This document shows, one piece after another, positions 46,122 through 63,179 of a stretch of DNA of 64,000 nt. Origin of the DNA: the human T2T-CHM13v2.0 reference genome, Homo sapiens. Both the position numbers and the translations under genes were made by a program. The DNA is taken from assembly GCF_009914755.1 (NCBI RefSeq), contig NC_060925.1. One strand, 5' to 3'. The first letter of the stretch is position 1, and each line of letters starts with the position of its first letter. The notes beneath the pieces were generated by a model. The model was not told the DNA's origin and made no database searches. It was given only the letters and a program-made list of their open reading frames with translations.

Positions 46122-46744
46122 TTACAGATGTGTAACTTGATATATAGGTATTCATAGCTGTCTTATGTTCATGATGAACTGTGGCTTTTAACATTATGAA
46201 GACTAATTTTGAAGTTCACCAATCCTGTTATGACCAGCTAGCTAACTGACTGAGGTAAAGACCTAATTTGGGTTAGAATGGCAACTGGGACACCATAACA
46301 GTGCTGCATCCACACAGCAAAGATCACTTTCAAAAAACAAATGGCCAGGTCACCGTTAACGAATTCTTCCTAAGTGATTAATCCACATATTGCTAGCTAA
46401 TCAAGGACATTCAAGAAATTTGCTTTCTTAACATGGGTCAGAGATTTTGAAGTTTAGAGCTTCAAAAACCCAATGTTATTTAACTCTCCCAAGCCTCAAT
46501 CATAGGGTCTAACTTCTATGGTTGGATTAGGTTTATATCCTGGCAGTACACATTCTTTCATTTTTCAATTTTTGGTTCCAGAAGCCTTGTTCTCTTTTAA
46601 ACGGTTTCTGGAAGTCTCACCAAGATCATCAGAACAGACTGCCCACTGAAGTTCAGTAGTAGCTAATACCTAAGAAGTATGATTCACAGGCTCATCAATT
46701 ATTAGCTCCTTTGGGTGAGTCTCAACTCATGGTCAATGAAAAAA

Positions 46745-46895
46745 ATTTTTTTGAGATAAGGTCTCGCTATGTTGCCCAGGCTGGAGGGAAGTGGTGTGAT
46801 TATAGTTTGCTGCAGCCTCAAACTCCTGGGCTAAAGTGATCCTCCCACCTCAGCCTCCTGAGTAGCTGGGATTACAGGCACATGCCAGTGTCCTC
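46745..46895 (-). mobile_element. Partial Alu / monomer
   Basis: 'ggtctcgctatgttgcccaggctgg..cctcagcctcctgagtagctgggattacaggc'. Confidence 0.8.
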
Positions 46896-49800
46896 AGATG
46901 AGATATTTTTGATTTCCTAAGTCTGTTACTGTCTTTCTTAGGAGTTTCTGCTTGCTCTAGCTTACAGCCAGTGTCTAGTTGATTGCCATGGATCTCTCCC
47001 ATGAGTGGCACAAAACCCATTGTGTTTTGCTCTATTTAGTGATTGTGAATTATTTAGGAGATTTCATAGAACACCCATTTTTTTGGGCCATGTCCCTCTC
47101 CACTGAGGCTTACTGGACCATCAGATTCATGGCACACACTAGGCCATTGATAGGTCTGTTATTGGCTATTGAGGGAATCTGTTTTGTTTTTGTTTTTGTT
47201 TTTCTGGCATGGGTTTTATTAATCCAGAGAATCACACTGACACCTTATGAGCATATTCATTATAATAAAAAAGCATGCACATTATCTAACAAAATTACAT
47301 ATTTAAACCAAGAATACGTCAGAAAAAGACACAATTTGAAAAACATCCTATTTTATTGAGGTTTTAAATCTCCATGGAGCCTTAGGGCAAAAAGAAAATA
47401 AAATTCATAACTTTTGGTGGTTTGTCCTCTTTTTTCTTTTTGCCATGTAGAAAATCTGAAAACACCTCAATGACTCTAACTCAATGTCAGTGAAGATTCC
47501 CTGGAAAAAAACTTACGAAAGGCAGATTAATGACTGCCTGCAACTGATCTGATTTTATCTTCTTCCTCTCCCTAAATCTGTCTTCCTAACTCCAGTTTCT
47601 TTGTTCCACAAATCTAGGTAATTCTGAGCAAGGCTCAAAATATCTCTTAAGATTAGTGAAAAGGGATCTGCATTGTCCAGAAAAAAATGACTGCTCTCCC
47701 AGGAATCTGTGTTATCATTTGGGTCACAATCTGTTAGCAGAGTGGACATCCCCTTTTCTCTGCCAGAATAAAGAGTCTTTAATTGTACCCTAGGCTCTAA
47801 ATTAAAAGTTAACTTTTAAAAGATAAAATATAATTTTTAGGATTGACTATTTCTTTTAGGTGATTAATATACACTTTTCCTAAAGTAGCTCAGCCTTACT
47901 GAGCTTATTAAGACCACAATTTCTAAACCTTTTCTATGGGATTAAAAAGTAGAGCCACCCTCTACTCTCTGCAAGTCTTTCTGCAGCCACCCCCTCATTG
48001 CCTTTTAAAACTGGGAATTTCTCTTCTTGTTTAATTTGGCAGCCCAATCCTACCTTCTTTTTTAATTTCATAAATTCATTAAAATCTCTCTCTCTCTTTT
48101 TGTTTGTTAAATACCTTCCTTCCATTCTTTTCACTTTTATGGGATTATTTCTTTTTGCATTTCAGTGTATGTGTATAAGTAGGATCTTAGGAGGGACAAG
48201 TGGCAACAGAATCACCCAAGTGGCTTTCTTGAGTTGGAACTTAGAATTTACCTAGACTTATGATTTATCTTTTATAAGTAGATTGGTTTGTAGATAGCTA
48301 AGTATGGAAATATAAAAACTAGGGGACTCTGGCAGATGAAGATTGACAAAGGCAATAGCTGAGACCATGGAAGCAAGGTTGTTGAGAAGGAAATAGCTGA
48401 TATTCTAGGACTTGGATACTGTCTGGGTAAGGAAGATGGTGGAGGTGTGAGGATGACTTCTATCTTTCTCACTTAAAATTACTCACAGACAGTGGTGCCA
48501 TTCATTAATGTAGCAATCCAGGAGGAGGAATAGGTTTAGGGGAAGGAGGTAGATGACATGCTTTCTTTTGGACATTTTGCACATCATAGTACGCTCAGAA
48601 CAAAGCAAAGTGCCTAGAGCAGATGTTTACTAGGCAATTGTTGGGCCAACAAATGAAGAGAAGGGCACACATAATGTAGTAGGTCTTTTGCCAAGAGTGA
48701 ATGGGGCCATGGCACAGGCACAGGTAGAGAGTGATTAAAATGTGTAAGTGATACTGTGAGGTGTGGGAGAGAAAGCAGGCATCATAAACATTGTTTCTTT
48801 TTAGAAATAAACAGGATTTCTGGGTAATACAGGGGAAGAGGTGGGTCTGGCGGATATGAGGCATCCATTTGCACATGCTTTGTTGTGCTATAGCTGCATT
48901 CAAGGGCCCATTAGCAGGGCAGAGAAAGCGTATAGAGGAATTTAATGCTGGTTGAATTACTGATGAGTGACAGTAGAGAAAGGGAAAATATTCAAGGAAG
49001 TTGACAGCATTGCCAAGGGGGAAGTTGGAGTGATGAATCCAGGCATCCAAGCCTGGGGTGAAGAAAGTGAAGTTGTGGAGTGCCTGTGTGTATGAGAGGG
49101 GCAGGAAGGAAAGCAGGGTAACAGGAAATGAGACAGATGAGCACGTGAGGTCCAGTGAAGGCCTGAAAGCTCTGGAGGGCAAGAAGGTGTGGCGGAAAGG
49201 AATGTAAAGTGAGGTGAAGGCAACTCTGCGTGTGCACTTCCTGTCCCTTCATTGTAGCTTGAGGGAGATTAAGGTGCAGCCCTTGAAGGCACTTGGAGGA
49301 AAGGGCAGAGACTGCAGGAGACCAGAGATGACGTATAAGTCGCCTAAAACTGAGTCAGCCGGGTGGAGCCAGCTCTTCCACCAACATCCATGCGGATCTC
49401 AACAGAATTGTCTGAAGCCCAGAAAGTTACCCGCAGCAGCCGCAAAAGCCACAAGATCAGGAAAGTGAAAGGAACATGAAACAGAAAGGACCTGAATGGG
49501 AAAAATTAGAAGGCATGCTGATTCTCACATTTTCAACATGTAGCTTTTGTATGGGTCGGGGGATTTTAAGACTCTGGATTACAGGGCTTAGGTGATCTAG
49601 AATGGAAGCAGAGAAAATAATTTTCTTGTGTTGGAAGGCAGCAATAAATCATCATTTTATTGATATTGAAAAAAACCAGAGATTATTGACAGGATTTAAG
49701 TATTATTGAAATGCAAGGTTAAGGGAAAAGGTAGTAAAAGTTGACTCTGAGCTGTCTTGTTTGAACAACTAGGTGCGTGGAACATTATGTGCATAGATGC

Positions 49801-49959
49801 AATATTATGTAGGTAATAAATATTACAATAAATACCATGTGAAAAATAACACTGAATTAAAAAGAGGAAACTTCTTTAGATACTAGATGATTGCAAAGAT
49901 CCCCATGATAGCAAAGATCTTTCTCTGGAGAGATCCCAGAGAAAGCTTAAGTTGTTGCT

Positions 49960-50190
49960 GTAGTGTAGTAGTTAAGAGCACACTCTAGAGTCCCATTTCT
50001 TGGGTTCAAGTCCTAGTTCTACCATTTACCAGAGATGAAGTTTTACCTTTTTGTCCCTGTTTGCTAAAATGTGCATAACACTAGTATTTCCACAGCAGAA
50101 CTGGGGGGCAGGAGGATGGGTGGATAAAATGAGTTAACACATGCAAAACATATGGAACAATTCTCAGCTCCTAGTAAGTGCTAAATAATT
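49960..50190 (+). mobile_element. MIR
   Basis: 'gtagtgtagtagttaagagca..tgggttcaagtcctagttctacca..tagtaagtgctaaataa'. Confidence 0.65.
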
Positions 50191-50960
50191 TTTTCCTTTT
50201 GTTGTTACAATAGTAAAGTTGATTTTGTAGGAAACAAATATTTAATTGCTATTGGGCAACTATGGTAGCACAGTAGCAATTAAATATTGCTACATTTAAT
50301 TAGACTACTACAAATGCCCAATCAAATCCAGTATTTGAAAGATGGTTAAATTGGAGGAAGGTGTAGAAACACACCTCAACATAGGTCAAAGATAAATTCT
50401 GGCTCATTCCTTTATATCTCTAATGTCATCTTTCAATCCATCTTGCATCCCACCAATGTATTAATCTTTCTAAAAAATAACTATAATCGTGCTACCCAGC
50501 TTAGATGTCTTAAATCTGCTGCTTGATTGAGAAAGGCTGAACACAAAGGTTGGCCTTCAGAAAACTATGATCTGGCTACATCATGGCTCCAGGTATAGTC
50601 CCACAACTTCCCTCTGTGAATCCTGGAGTCTGGTGGATTACAGCAATTGCTCCAGTGACATGCCCTGCTGGTGTGCCTGAGGGAAGGGAGAAGGCAGGCT
50701 GCCTGCTGCTTTGTGTCTGCTCTTCTCTCTGCCAACAATGCGCCTCTCTCATCTTTGCTGATATAAATCTAGTCCTTTAAGGTTCAGCATTAAAGCCATG
50801 ATGCTTCATGAAGGCCCCCTCACCCACTCCTCAGTCCATATGGCAGGATTCTGTACCTTTGCACCTGCATAATCCTGTGCCTGTTTAGATAGTCCTGAGA
50901 GCTCTCTCCTCTTTCTCCCTCTCTGGGAAATAAGAATGGCCCTAGGTTCCACAGAGTCTA

Positions 50961-51308
<348 letters not shown>

Positions 51309-54300
51309 TCAGATGTATCAAGTATGTCTTAGGAAAAGCTAAATTTTAACATGAACCACTTTTCACATGTAACTGTAAGCTTTTTTTTCGCCGAAGTTAT
51401 AGGGCTCTTATCCTGAGACATACCTATTCCAGGGCTCCTGTGACCAATATCACACATCTGTGAAAATTTGGATAGACATGTGGGCTGTATTTATATCTAG
51501 AGTGCTTCTTTTATGAAAATATAAGTATTTCTGATAGTACTGTAGTAGGAATACAGACTACCTTCTTCACTAAGAGAGTTGAAAAAACTCAGGGAACTTT
51601 AAAAAATATTCTTAAAAGCATCAATGAGATAACTCATTTGTTAGGAGACCATAAAGAGGATTGGAGGATTGGAGATCACAGAAGTGGGCAGATAATGGCT
51701 GATGCTTCTGTTGCGAACCAGAAGTGGAGCAGTGGGCAAGGAGACATGAGTCAGAATCAAGGGCTCAACACATGTGGGGACTGTGGGAAGCCACCTTCAG
51801 CTCTGGGCTGGGCCTGCAAAGGAATGCACCTGGAAACAGGTATAGGAAAGGCAAAATAAATGCAAAGAAGTAGAGGAAAAAATAGTTTAGGGAAGAGTAG
51901 GAATCAATGAGATAGGCAAAAGCAAAAAGTCAACAAGGTCAGCAATGCTAGACATTGGTTCATTGAAAAGATGAATAAAATTGGTCATTTTTGGGTGAGA
52001 ATGTTAGAGAAAAAAGACACAACTATCCAAATTGAACAAAAAGGTAACAAGTTTTGTTTCTAGTGATGGTGGACTAAGTAATTCAGTTCATATCTCCTGC
52101 TATGACAACCAGAAAATTTGGACCACACACACACAAAAACACACATAGTGTACTTGAACACATCAGAAAGCTAGTAATATAATATAGAGATGTTGGTTCA
52201 GGAGAGAATGAAGATTGAAGATTCATGGATTTGATCCTGAGATTTAGAAATGCTTTTCTGCTGGGGGCTTGCCGATTGCAGAAGAGTGAGCTAAGAGACT
52301 CAGAAGTGTTTTGGGTAGCCTCCTGTGGCTATGTGGACAAAGATCAGATTGCAGGCCCTCTGGGGGAAGGTGCCTGAAGAATCTAGCTGCTTTGAGTTGG
52401 GAGTTCAAAGTTGGCATTCTAGTTAAAAGAGTAAACTGGAGCTACGAAAAGTCACCGTATCAATGGCACAGCTTTTAACGGTCCAAATATTTGAATTAAG
52501 AGGATTCTGAATTGCATGATTACAGACACCTGGCATAAAGAAATGTAAATCCTCTCTGGAAGAAGCTTACATCAGCCTTAGTTTACAAGGAATTTGGTAA
52601 AAAACTTGTCTGGTACAAAGTAAAAATTTTCCAGGTAAAAAATGAGCCTGGATGACTTGAAAAACAAAACAAACAAAACAACAATCCAGCAGATACAACA
52701 TAATAAAATAATATCCACAGGAGTTTCAAATATTGGAATCATGAGAATTTTAAAATAGTTTTTCTTACTCAGTACAAGGAGATAAAATTTCAGCAGGTAA
52801 AATTTAAAAATTGTAAAAAAATAAAATAAATAAAATAGGGAGGGGGCTCTAAGATGGCTGACTAGAGGCATCTGGTACTCACCTCTTCCACAGACAGGAA
52901 GCAACATAGCAAGTAGATAATGACACTTTGAATAGATGATCTAAGGGAGAACACTGGAATTCAACAGAGAAGCGATGGAAAGCACCAAAAGCAAGGAAGG
53001 AGAGGAAAGTGAGGCAGCCTGTTTGGCGGGGATCAACTGGGAGTCTGGAGAAGCTCCTTAATATGGGAAAAGAATAAGTGAGAGCCCTCCAGTGATCCAC
53101 ATTCCCACCACGGACTCCTACAATACTAGCTATGGAAGAGCCCACTAACCTTTGCAGGCCCTGAGACTGACATAAGGAGCTGCCTAGAGATTGCATGAAG
53201 ACATTACTCCAGAGAGAGAGCTCACACTGGGTCCCACAAACCCCTGAGTCCTCAGCAGCTGCAGTGTGGCATCATCTGGAGAGTTCAGCCCCCATCAGAC
53301 TGTGTCTTGCCTTGGGGTTCAACAGCCTCTACATCTCCACATCCCTGAAGCCCCAGTGACATTCCCCAACAGCTGCTGCTGCTGTTGCTGCTGGGGCCAA
53401 GGTGGGAGCCACTGCCAGTGACCCTATCACCCCCAGCAGAGGGGTGGGCACACATTTTCATGCACCCTGCGGACAAATTCCACTGCCTGTAACTGTAGCT
53501 GCTGTGGGCTGCTGCAAGGGCCAAGGTGCTAGCAAAGCATGAGTCACCCCACCCCCAGCCCCCAAAAGCCTTTTGCTTATGGCTGCTCCAAATAAAAGCA
53601 GCCCCTCCCTCTCCAGTAGCAGGGCCATAGCACAGCTGCTGCCATTCTCATCTGAGCATTCTGCTAGCAGCCTGGGGACCACCCTCTCCCTGCCTACCAT
53701 AGCCAGCACCTGCATATACTACTGGGGGGTCTGAGGGCAGATCTGCTCAGGCTGGCTCCACTCCTCCCAGTACCTGAGCATGCTGTCTAGGGTCCTAGAG
53801 ACTGCCCTGCCCAGTCCATCACTGGCACCTGAGACCTTCTCTTGGGGTCTGAGGTTGGGCTCACTCAATCTGCTGCTACCACCACAGCTGGCACCCACCC
53901 GCATGTGCCAACTGCAGGCCTGGGGACTGGCCTACTCAGCCCATCACAGCCACCACCAATACCAGTGTGGACTGCTTAGGACCCAGAGGGTTGTCCCACA
54001 TGCCTGATGCCCAGGGGCTCAAGAACTCACCCATCCACCTGGCCCACCACTGCTATTTCCAACGCTCAGGCAAGCCACCTGGAAACCAAAGAATTGGCCT
54101 GCCTGGAGCAGCCAACACTGGTGCTAGTATACATCACCCTGGTGCCCAAGAACAGGCATACTCAGCCCACTGCAGCCACTGCTGGGACCCGAAGACTGGC
54201 CCATGTAGTATCCCAGTTCCTAGCAAAGCTTCACCACACTTTTCACTAAGCACATCCTAAGCCACTGAGAAAATCACAGACAACAATGATGCTGTTTACA

Positions 54301-54600
54301 GTTGAAGAAATCATACAGTGATTACACTACTGCACACACCCAGAATCAAAGCCAAAGCATCCTACCCAATGAACACTACACATACATTTTCAGGAAGAGT
54401 CCTCCCCTATGAAAGCAAATTCAAAAAATTAGAAGAAGCAACTGTTACACAAGATGCACAAATACCAATGTAAGAACAGAGGAAACATGAAAAGCAAGGA
54501 AAGAACACAGTAATTCTCTAGCAACAGATCCCAATCAAAAATAAATTTACAAAATACTGGAAAAAGAATTCAAAATATTGACCCTAAAGAAGCATGGTGA

Positions 54601-54900
54601 GGCCGGGCGTGGTGCCTCACGCCTGTAATCCCAGCATTTTGGGAGGCAGAGGCAGGCATATCACCTGAGGTCAGGAGTTCGAGACCAGCCTGGCCAACAT
54701 GGTGAAACCCTGTCTCTACTAAAAATAAAAAAATTAGCCGGATGTGGTGGCATGTGGCTGTATTCCCAGCTACTCGAAAGTCTGAAGAAGGAGAATCGCT
54801 TGAACCCGGGAAGTGAGAATGCAATGAGCGGAGATCACACCATTGCCACCATTGCATTCCAGCATGGGCAACAAGGGCAAAACTCCATCTAATAAATAAA
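54601..54900 (+). mobile_element. Alu (AluS-like)
   Basis: ggccgggcgtggtg.. dimer; TSD aagcatggt on both sides. Confidence 0.92.
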
Positions 54901-55014
54901 TACAGCAAGCATGGTAAGATATAAGAGAATGCTGAAAAACACTACAAAGAAGTCAGACAAGAAATTCAGGATATGAGTGAGAAATCCATCAAAGAGACAG
55001 ATATAAAAAAAGAT

Positions 55015-55305
<291 letters not shown>

Positions 55306-57591
55306 AAACAGAGATTCTGAAACTGAAAAATTCATTGAATGAAATAAAAAATACATTTGGAAGCTCCAACAATTAGACTAGATCAAGCAGACTCAGACCT
55401 TGATGATGGGTCTTTTGAAATAACTCAGAAAAATTAAATAAAAAAGGATAAAAAAGAATGAGCAGAGCCTATGTGACATATAAGACACCATAAAATCATC
55501 AAATATTCAAATTTTTTGTGTCCCAGAAGGTGAAGAGAAAACAAAAAGGTTAGAAAACCCTTTAATAAAATAATAGGTGACAACTTCATAAGTCTAGCAA
55601 GAGATTTACACATCCGCATACTGGAGGCTTAAAAATTCCCAAATAGATACAATTCAAAAGGTCTTCTCTATAGCATATTATGGTCAAACTGTCAAAAGAC
55701 AAAGATGAAGAGAAAATGCTAAAAACAGCAAGAGAACAGTGTCAAGTCACCAGTCATTTATAAAGGAACCTCCATTAGGCTAACAGCAGATTTCTCAGCA
55801 GAAACCTTATAGGCCAGGATAGAATGGGATGATACATTCAAAGTGCTGAAACAAAACAATGGTTAGTCAAGGATACTATTCCCAGCAAAGTTATCCTTCA
55901 TAAATGAAGGAGAAACAAGCAAAAGCTGAGGGAATTCATCACCACTGGGCTCAACCTACGAAAAATGCTCAAGGGCGTCCTACACCCAGAAGTAAAAGAG
56001 TGATAATTGCCATAGTGAAAATACTAGAAAATATAAAGATCACTGGTAAAACTAACACACAAACAAGACAGAGAAAAAGCTCAAATGTTACCACTACAGA
56101 ATACAACCTAACCACAATGATAAACAATGAAAGAAAAGAACAAAGTATATACAAAACAACCAGAAATCAATTAATAAAATGGCAGCAATATGCCATCACA
56201 TATCAGTAATAACTTGGAATGTAATTAAATTTTCCACTTAAAAGATATATACTGGCTGAATGGATTAAAAAACATGACCCAACTATATGCTGTATACAAG
56301 AAGCTCATCTCACCTGTAAAGACACATATAGACTGAAAGTAAAGGAATGGGAAAAGATAGTCCATGCAAACAGAAACCAAAAATGAGTAGGAGGAGCTAT
56401 GTTTATATCAGAGAAAAAGTAAAAAATTATAAAAAAAGACATAGAAAGTCATTATATAATGATAAAAGGATCAGTTTAGCAAGAGGTTATAACAATCTAA
56501 ACATGTATGCATCCAACATTGGAGGACCCAGATATATAAAGCAAATATTGTTAGAACTAAAGAGATACACTTTAATACAATAACAGTTGGAGACTTCAGC
56601 ACCCAACTCTCAGCTTTAGACAGGCCATCTAGACAAATTTGGATGGTCTAGATGGATTTAAATTGCACATTGGACTAAATGGACCTCCCAGACATTTACA
56701 GAATATTTTGTCCAAAAGCTACAGATTACATATTTTTCTTATCAGCACATGGAATATTTTCCAGGATAGACTATATGTGAGGACACTAAACAAGTCTGAA
56801 AACATTTTTTAAAAATTAAAATCATATGAAGTGTCTTCCCAGACCACAAAGGACTAAAATTAGAAATCAATAATAAGAGGAACTTTGGAAACTGTACAAA
56901 TACATGGAAATTAAACAGCATTCTCCTGAACAGCAAATGAGTCAAGAAAGAAATTATGAAGGAAATAAAAAAAAGTCTCGAATCAAATGAAAGTTGAAAC
57001 ACAACTTACCAAAACCTATGACATACAGCAAAAGCAGTGCTAAGATGGAAATTATAGTAATAAGTGCCTACAGCAAAAACCTAGAAAGATTTCAAATAAG
57101 CAATCTAATGAGGCACCTCTAGGAACTAGAAAAACAAGAACAAACTAAACCCCAAATCAGTAGAAGGAAAGAAATATAAAGATCAGAGCAGAACTAAATG
57201 AAGTAGAGGCTAAAAGAACAATGCAAGGATCAACAAAATGAAAGTTGGTTTTTGAAAAGATAAGTAAAATCAACAAACCACTGTTAGACTAACAAAGAGA
57301 AAAAGAGAGAAGATCCAAATAAAATCAAATGAAAAAGAAGACGTTCAACTGATACCACAGAAATACAAAAGGTCACTAGAGACTGTTATGAACAACTATA
57401 CACTAACAAACTAGAAAACCTAGAAGAAATGGGTAAATTCCTGGAAACATTCAACCTACCCAGATTGAACTGGAAAGAAATAGAAAATCTGAACAGACCA
57501 ATATGAGTAGTGAGATTGAATCAGTAACAAAAAGTCTTCCAACAAAGAAAATTCCAGAACTGGATGGTTGTTCTTAAAAGCATTATTTATA

Positions 57592-58018
57592 CAGTAGTCC
57601 CCACTTATCCGTGAGGGATACGTTCCAAAACCCCCAGTGGATGCCTGAAACCATGGATAGTACTGAACTTTGTATATACTGTTTTTTCATATACTTTGAG
57701 GCCATTATTAAGTAAAATAAGAGTTACTTGAACACAAGCACTGTGATACCAAGACAACTGATTTGATAACCAACACCAACCGTGACCAACTGGCAGGTAG
57801 CATATACAGTGTGGATACGCTGGACAAAGAAATGCTTCACATCCTTGATGGGACAGAGGGAGATGGCAGGAGATTTCATCATGTTACTCAGAATGGCATC
57901 AATTTAAAACTTATAAATTGTTTGTTTATGACATTTTTCATTTAATATTTTTGGACCACGGTTGACAGTGGATACTGAAATCATGGAAAGTGAAACCACA
58001 GATAAGAAGGAGCCATTG
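57592..58018 (+). mobile_element. MER44/Tigger7-type DNA transposon remnant (TcMar-Tigger)
   Basis: ta|CAGTAGTCCCCACTTATCC...GATAAGAAGGAGCCATTG|ta: degenerate terminal inverted repeats with a TA target duplication. Confidence 0.75.
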
Positions 58019-58839
58019 TAATAGCAAAACCAAAACAAAACCTGAGAATAGCCTAAATGTTCATCAACACTAGAATGGATATAGGATTCATGATTTATAC
58101 ATAATGGAATTCCATAGTGGAATGAAAATGACCGAAAAGAAGCTCCTCTAAAAAATGAGTGAATCCTGTGCAAAAGAAGTCAAACAAAAGAATGTATGAT
58201 TTTATTCATATGTACTTCAAACAGAAGATAAACTAGACTCTAGTATTTAAAGTTGCATGCTTAGGCAACAAACTATAAACAAAAACAAAGAATGAATGTT
58301 ATTAAAGTCAGGAAAACATTTACATCTTGGAGAAATAGAAGGGGTTTGTGATGGGAAGGCAGGCACGAGGTTTTTAGCAGTGCTGGTAACGTGCAATTTT
58401 TCTTTTAAACCAGGATTGCAACTATATGGCGTTTGTTAGACAACATTTTAAGCTGTACATCTGTTCTTTGTACTTTTTGAATGTGTTCTATGTTTCACCA
58501 CTTTAAAAGTTTTTAAGACATGATCAGTTTGGTTTTATTAACACCATGAAATACCCAGCAGCTCAAGGTTAATCATCATTGTGGGGTGGCAGTGTTTAAG
58601 GTTCAGAGATGGTGATAAGGAAGAGGGGTGTGAATTCTCTTTCATGTCAAGTGACTGAACATCTTACTTGGGCAATCTAAGGTGGTAAAAGCTGGAGTCC
58701 TAAGAAGTCCATTTACATCTTGGAGAAAGAGGGGTTTGTTATATTCCTGCCTTCCGTGACATAAAAAAGGTAGGCAGACTATTCCTTCCGCAATTGTACC
58801 AGTGCCTGAAGTGAGGAAAGTTATAAAATAGGGCATACT

Positions 58840-59281
<442 letters not shown>

Positions 59282-59357
59282 TCACTGATACCGGAAGAGA
59301 GAAATAATCAAATGTATAAGGGGAAAATTCAGGATGAAATAGGAATACAGATCTTAC

Positions 59358-59548
<191 letters not shown>

Positions 59549-60544
59549 CTAAAAAATACAGTGATGATATTTATCCAAAGCTGGCTATGGATTGTTATAT
59601 TTTTCAATTGTAGCAATGATAATACAAAAATATTAATGTTTCAAAATTCAAAATTAATACAACTAATTTGGCATATATTTTTCTATTTTACTTTTTTTCA
59701 AACCTTAACAGAACACCAGGTGATGTAAAAAGAAATGACTCAACAGAATTCAACTGGGCAGAATAAATCGAGAGTCCTATGGACATTCATATTTTTTGAT
59801 TTATTAATTCTACTTAAAGGAATAAACTCTAAGAAAATGTTTAACAATTGCACAAGAGATTTATGTACGAGAATGTTTAATACCATAGTCAAAAGAAGGA
59901 AAGACCATAAGTGGCCAAAAATAGGGAAAGGTAAAAATAAGTTATGGACCATCCATAAAATGGGACATTATGTAGTAACTAAAATTATGTCTTTGAATAA
60001 CTTCTTAATGATAAGGGGGAAGCTCATGATTTAATATTAGGTGAAAAGAGCGGCATTAGAAATGTATTACATATGTATATGTGAGATAATAGTAATTTAA
60101 AAATATACAAGTTGAATAGACAAAATATTGAAGGAAAATGATAGTATTACCAAATGGGATTGCAGGCAGTTTTAATTTCCTTTACTGTCTATTTAATTTT
60201 GTTTAACAATTAATGTGTACTATTTTTCCACCAACAACAGGCAAGCTAAGAGCCAAATCATGAATGAACTACCATTCACAACTGCCACAAAAGAATAGAA
60301 TATCTAGGAATACATCTAACAATGGAAGTGAAGGACCTTTTTGAGAAGAACTACAAACCACTGCTCAGAGAAATCTGAGAGGACACAAACAAGTGGGAAA
60401 GCATTCCATGCTCATGGATAGGAAGAATCAATATCATGAAAATGGCCATGTTGCTCAAAGCAATTTATGGATTCAATGCTGTTCCCATTAAACTACTATT
60501 GAGATTCTTCATAGAATTAGAAAAAACTTTTAAAATTCATATGG

Positions 60545-60861
<317 letters not shown>

Positions 60862-61267
60862 TCACATGGACCCAAAAAGAGCCTGAGTAGCCAAGACAAT
60901 CCTAAGAAAACAAACAAACAAACAAACCAAAGCTGGAGGCCTCTTCAAATTATTCCACAAGACTACAGTAACTAAAAAAGCATGGTACTGGTACAAGAAC
61001 AGACACAGAGACCAATGGAACAGAATAGGGAACCCACAAATAAGACTGCACACCTACAATCATCTGATCTTCAGCCAAGTCAACAATAACAAGCAATGGA
61101 AAAAGGATTCCCTATTTAATAAACCATGCTGGGAGAACTGGGTAGTCATATGGAAAAAATGGAAACTTCCTTACATTATGTGCAAAAATCAACTCAAGAT
61201 GGATTAAAGAACCCAAAACTATGAAAACTCCAGACAAAAATCTAGGCAATACCATTCAGGACATAGG

Positions 61268-61456
61268 ACACCGGGGCCTGTTGTGAGGTGGGGGGAGTGG
61301 GGAGGGATAGCATTAGGAGATATACCTAATGTTAAATGACGAGTTACTGGGTGCAGCACACCAACATGGCACATGTATACATATGTAACTAACCTGCACG
61401 TTGTGCACATGTACCCTAAAACTTAAAGTATAATAATAAAAAAATTAAAAAAAAAA
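61268..61456 (+). mobile_element. Short young L1PA 3' end nested in an older L1
   Basis: 'caccggggcctgttgtg..aaagtataataataaaaaa' is nearly identical to 28015-28195. Confidence 0.9.
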
Positions 61457-62266
61457 GACGCCAAAAGCAATTGCAACAAAAGCAGAAATTGACAAATGGG
61501 ATCTAATTAAACTAAAGAGCTTCTCTGCACAACAAAAGAAACTATTATCAGCATGAATAGACAACCTACAGAATAGGAGAAAATTTTTGCAATCTATCCA
61601 TTTGACAAAGGCCTAATATCCAGCATCTACAAGGAATTTAAATTTACAAGAAAAACAACTCCATTAAAAAGGAGGCAAAGGACATGGATAAATATTTCTC
61701 AAAGGAAGACATACATGTGGCCAACAAACACATGAAAAAGCTCAACATCAGTAATCATTAGAGAAATGCAAATCAATACCACAGTGAGATACCATCTCAT
61801 GCCAGTCAGAATGGCTGCTATTAAAAATTCAAAAAACAACAGATGCTGGGGAAATTGTGGAGAAGAAGGAACACTTTTACACTGCTGATGGGAGTGTAAA
61901 TTAGTTCAACTCTTGTGGAAGACAGTGTGGTGATTCCTCAAAGACCTAGAGGCAGGAATACCATTTGATCCAATGATCCCATTACTGGGTATATACCCAA
62001 AGGAATACAAATCATTTTATTATAAAGATACATGCACACGTATGTTCACTGCAGCACTATTCACAATAGCAAAGACATGGAATCAACTTAAATGCCCATC
62101 AATAATAGATGGGATAAAGAAAATGTGGTACATATACACCATGGAATACTATGCAGACATAAAAAGGAATGAGATCGTGTCGTTTGCAGGGACATGGATG
62201 GAGCTAGAAGCCATTATCCTCAGAAAACTAACACAGGAACAGAAAACCAAATACCACATATTCTCA

Positions 62267-62764
<498 letters not shown>

Positions 62765-62886
62765 CTATGTAACAAACCTGCACATCCTGCACATGTACCC
62801 CTGAACTTAAGAGTTGGAAATCAAAAAGAAAAAAGATATTAACTCAAAATGAAAACAATGAGTACTATTTTTCTAATCAGAAAATG

Positions 62887-63179
62887 TTATTTTATTTTTT
62901 ACTATTATTTTTAGAGTCGATGTCATCCCCTGTCACACAGACTGGAGTGCAGTGGCATGATTAGCTTTGAATTCCTGTTCAAGTGATCCTCCCACCTCAG
63001 CCTCCAGAGTAGCTAGGGCTACAGGCAGTGCTGCCACACCTGGATAATTTTTAAATTTTTTGTAGAGATGGGGGTCTTACTATGTTGCCCAGGCTTGTCT
63101 CAAACTCCTGGCCTCAAGTGATCCTCCTGCCTCTGTCTCCTGAGTCGCTGGATTACAGGTATGAGCCACCAGGCTCAGC
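62887..63179 (-). mobile_element. Alu (AluJ-like)
   Basis: Diverged reverse dimer. Confidence 0.85.

Noticed and set aside
48595-49252. Overlapping minus-strand ORFs (up to 195 aa)
   Set aside because: Purine-rich, degenerate L2-like sequence with no coding signature.
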